49,775 nucleotides of DNA from Bigelowiella natans CCMP2755. Lineage: Eukaryota > Protista > Cercozoa. The stretch is from assembly GCA_000320545.1 (NCBI GenBank), contig ADNK01001663.1, positions 1 through 49,775 on the forward strand, read 5' to 3'. Shown here piece by piece: positions 47,712 to 49,775 of this stretch. Made by a program: the position numbers and the translations under genes. The notes under the pieces were generated by a model that worked only from the letters and a program-made list of their open reading frames with translations, had not been told where the DNA came from and searched no databases. Positions within the stretch are counted from its first letter, which is position 1; the number at the start of each line of letters is the position of its first letter.

Positions 47712-49775
47712 TCATCGCTTTCGGAACTTCACCAACCACCAGGTAATAGATTCCTCTCTAACCTTATCTCCTTTGTCGCTTACCCAGAACTCACCTTCGT
47801 CCTTAGGTTCGTGTCCATACCAGCCCTCTGCATCAAGGTCCCCCAGGACCTTATACCAGTGCTCAAAGGGTAAGTCGGGAACAGCTAGGTAGAGTAGCTG
47901 ATATTTTCCGTCCTTTATTTTCATAGCTACCCTCTCCATATTTCGTAATCCAGGGTAGCCTAGATAGACAATCTTCATGCGCCAATCGTCGTTCACCCTG
48001 ACCTTATTGTTTCCATATTCCACATCGAACTTAGGTCGGGGTCCTAAACAAGGCATTGCTCGCTCCCACACAGTAGGGTTTACTTTAACATCCTCTAGGA
48101 GCTTCTCACCGATATCATAATTCTTTAGGTGACTGATGTGGCGCAAGGTGACCCTGTTCCCATCATAGATGTAGTACTGCTTCCTCCCCTTCCTCTCGGT
48201 AACCTTTGCAACGCCACCCCAGAAGGGGTCTTGTTTATTTCTCGATCTCAGATTTACCTTGGCCCTAACATACTGTCCTTCCTTTAGAACTCGGCCATCG
48301 TACGGGACCTTCTCGTCTTCACTCTCGGTATCGTCGTCGTTGTCGTCGCCTTCTTCCCTCTCCTTATCCTTGATACCTCCCCCAGACGTGAAGGTGTCGT
48401 TTACTAACCCTTGTATCTTGTCTGGTGTGGTGCTATTTATCCTGCTTAGGTTGGCCAAGGTGCGGTGGAGTCGCTCTACCTTGGAGTTGGACTGGGCATA
48501 GTATACAGGTGAGGCATCAATATTAGGGTGTGGTAGCTGTAGAAGAGAGGTCTCATTATCCACATGTAACTTCTTTGGTATCTTGTTTATGCTAACTTCA
48601 TCAGGGATAGCCTGGAGCTCAGACTCCCAGGTACGGTAGCAGTTAGTAAGCCTCTGCTTATATAAGCCTTTGTTCTTCTTAGCAACGTTGACCTTGATAA
48701 TCTTTTTAACCCAGCACTTTCCAGTGGCCACATCAACGAAGGTAAGGTAGTGATAGCCATCGTACTTATAAACATCAATTTGCACGATATCTAAGAAGTT
48801 CCTTGCTTTGATTTTCTTAGATGCACGGCTCTTGCTGGACTCCTTGGTGGCGACGCCTGCCGCCTTCAAGCTGGAGCACCTGCAGCCACGCAGGTATGTC
48901 CTTATCTCTTTTAGCTTGTAGGGCCAGTAGTAATGGTAGAGTAGAGCAGTGATATGGTTTTCTCCTACGTGTGCAGGTCCATGGGCGGTAAAGAGAAGGG
49001 CTCCCCTGGTCCGCCGTGGCACGTAGGTACGCCTAACATTATTAGTGTATACATATATCCTATCACTAAGTACCTCATGCTTGTGTTTGTATTTATCCAG
49101 GTGTTCTTGAAGGTGCTGGAGCTCCTCTGGCTCAGGCAGGAAGTCGCCGTCCTCGAAGGTAATCGCGTTAACCATAGGGGTGACCTGGGTAGGGACTTTC
49201 TTTTCGAACAGCCTGCTGAAATAGTCAGCAAGCTGCTTGTCTCCTGGTGCGTAGACCACTGTCCTCTTGTCCCTAAACTCTTCCGTGTCCGCCCTCATAG
49301 CTGCATACTCATCGTTAGGCGCTTCGAGCTTGCGGTCGATGCCTAGGAGGGGCTTGTGGTCAGTCATTAAGGTGAAGCTGGGCACCGACAGCAGGTAGTA
49401 TCTTAGTTTCCTCTGCGCCTCAGTCATGGCTTTATACTCTCCTTTTGTAGGGCTGTACTTGGCCTCAGCTGCTGTGCAGGCCCTGCCCCACACCCGTATG
49501 ATCTGCTGGTCTTGGGTAAGTACAGCAGCCATACCTAGCTTAGACCAGTCTGTCCATAGGGTAGCTGGTCTAGTAGTGTCTAGCTTAGCATTCAATAGGG
49601 TGTTGCTGCATAACTTTATTAGGTTATCGAAGTGGGCATCAAGGCCAGCCTTGGCCCACACCTTAGCGAAGCTGAGGCCTACAGAGTTCTCCTTCCCGGT
49701 AAGCAGTAGTAAAAGCAGCTGCAGTCCTAGCGTAGTAGGGGAGAACCTACGTAGTATCCAGCTGCAGTCTGCAGA
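47712..49775 (-). CDS. pol: Retrotransposon pol: RNase H, integrase (HHCC, DDE, SH3-like C-terminal domain) and C-terminal Dam-like methyltransferase-like domain
   Basis: RNase H LWTDWSKLGMAAVLTQ...YSPTKGEYKAM...FTLMTDHKPL. Zn module GPAHVGENH...YYWP...GCRC. Core IVQID...FVD...HVDN...QSNSKVERLHRTL. The frame is open from the window edge to the stop at 47712. Confidence 0.9.
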   Translation of the reverse strand, partial: SADCSWILRRFSPTTLGLQLLLLLLTGKENSVGLSFAKVWAKAGLDAHFDNLIKLCSNTLLNAKLDTTRPATLWTDWSKLGMAAVLTQDQQIIRVWGRACTAAEAKYSPTKGEYKAMTEAQRKLRYYLLSVPSFTLMTDHKPLLGIDRKLEAPNDEYAAMRADTEEFRDKRTVVYAPGDKQLADYFSRLFEKKVPTQVTPMVNAITFEDGDFLPEPEELQHLQEHLDKYKHKHEVLSDRIYVYTNNVRRTYVPRRTRGALLFTAHGPAHVGENHITALLYHYYWPYKLKEIRTYLRGCRCSSLKAAGVATKESSKSRASKKIKARNFLDIVQIDVYKYDGYHYLTFVDVATGKCWVKKIIKVNVAKKNKGLYKQRLTNCYRTWESELQAIPDEVSINKIPKKLHVDNETSLLQLPHPNIDASPVYYAQSNSKVERLHRTLANLSRINSTTPDKIQGLVNDTFTSGGGIKDKEREEGDDNDDDTESEDEKVPYDGRVLKEGQYVRAKVNLRSRNKQDPFWGGVAKVTERKGRKQYYIYDGNRVTLRHISHLKNYDIGEKLLEDVKVNPTVWERAMPCLGPRPKFDVEYGNNKVRVNDDWRMKIVYLGYPGLRNMERVAMKIKDGKYQLLYLAVPDLPFEHWYKVLGDLDAEGWYGHEPKDEGEFWVSDKGDKVREESITWWLVKFRKR

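Larger units (their letters stand above)
47416..49775 (-). mobile_element. Ty3/Gypsy-type LTR retrotransposon, 3' half (truncated by the window edge)
   Basis: RNase H followed by integrase in one ORF (Gypsy order). The pol stop is followed by a purine-rich tract and then a TG-starting putative 3' LTR. Confidence 0.85.

Noticed and set aside
49662-49775. Reverse-transcriptase catalytic domain
   Set aside because: No YxDD motif in the window. Only an atypical connection segment with a short internal repeat (gactgcagctg twice) is visible, so RT is presumed to lie beyond the right edge.

Overview
Eukaryotic (protist-like) nuclear DNA with GT-AG spliceosomal introns rich in (AT)n, (AC)n and (CT)n microsatellites. 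No rRNA, tRNA or CRISPR array was recognised. In order along the window: (1) a minus-strand ubiquitin-specific protease with an NBR1-type FW domain and UBA, carrying two jacalin-like domains and SH3/KOW-like modules inside the catalytic domain; it runs off the left edge. (2) A small island of two unassigned, AT-richer genes bracketed by CATG/CTAG-rich decayed repeats, one of which contains an exact 69-bp copy of the neighbouring HECT exon. (3) A ~20-kb, 10-exon gene for a ~6,170-aa HECT E3 ligase (UBR-box, ZZ, three Tudor-knot-like domains, UBA, HECT). (4) An SDR39U1/TIGR01777 epimerase-family gene. (5) An orphan secreted protein flanked by decayed repeats. (6) A SMYD-like SET-domain gene. (7) The 3' half of a Ty3/Gypsy-type LTR retrotransposon with an uninterrupted pol ORF. 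The most striking observation is that this pol ends, after a compact integrase, in a domain resembling the Dam-like adenine DNA methyltransferase known from DIRS elements. All gene models and domain calls were made by eye from motifs and splice-phase logic; no database search was run.
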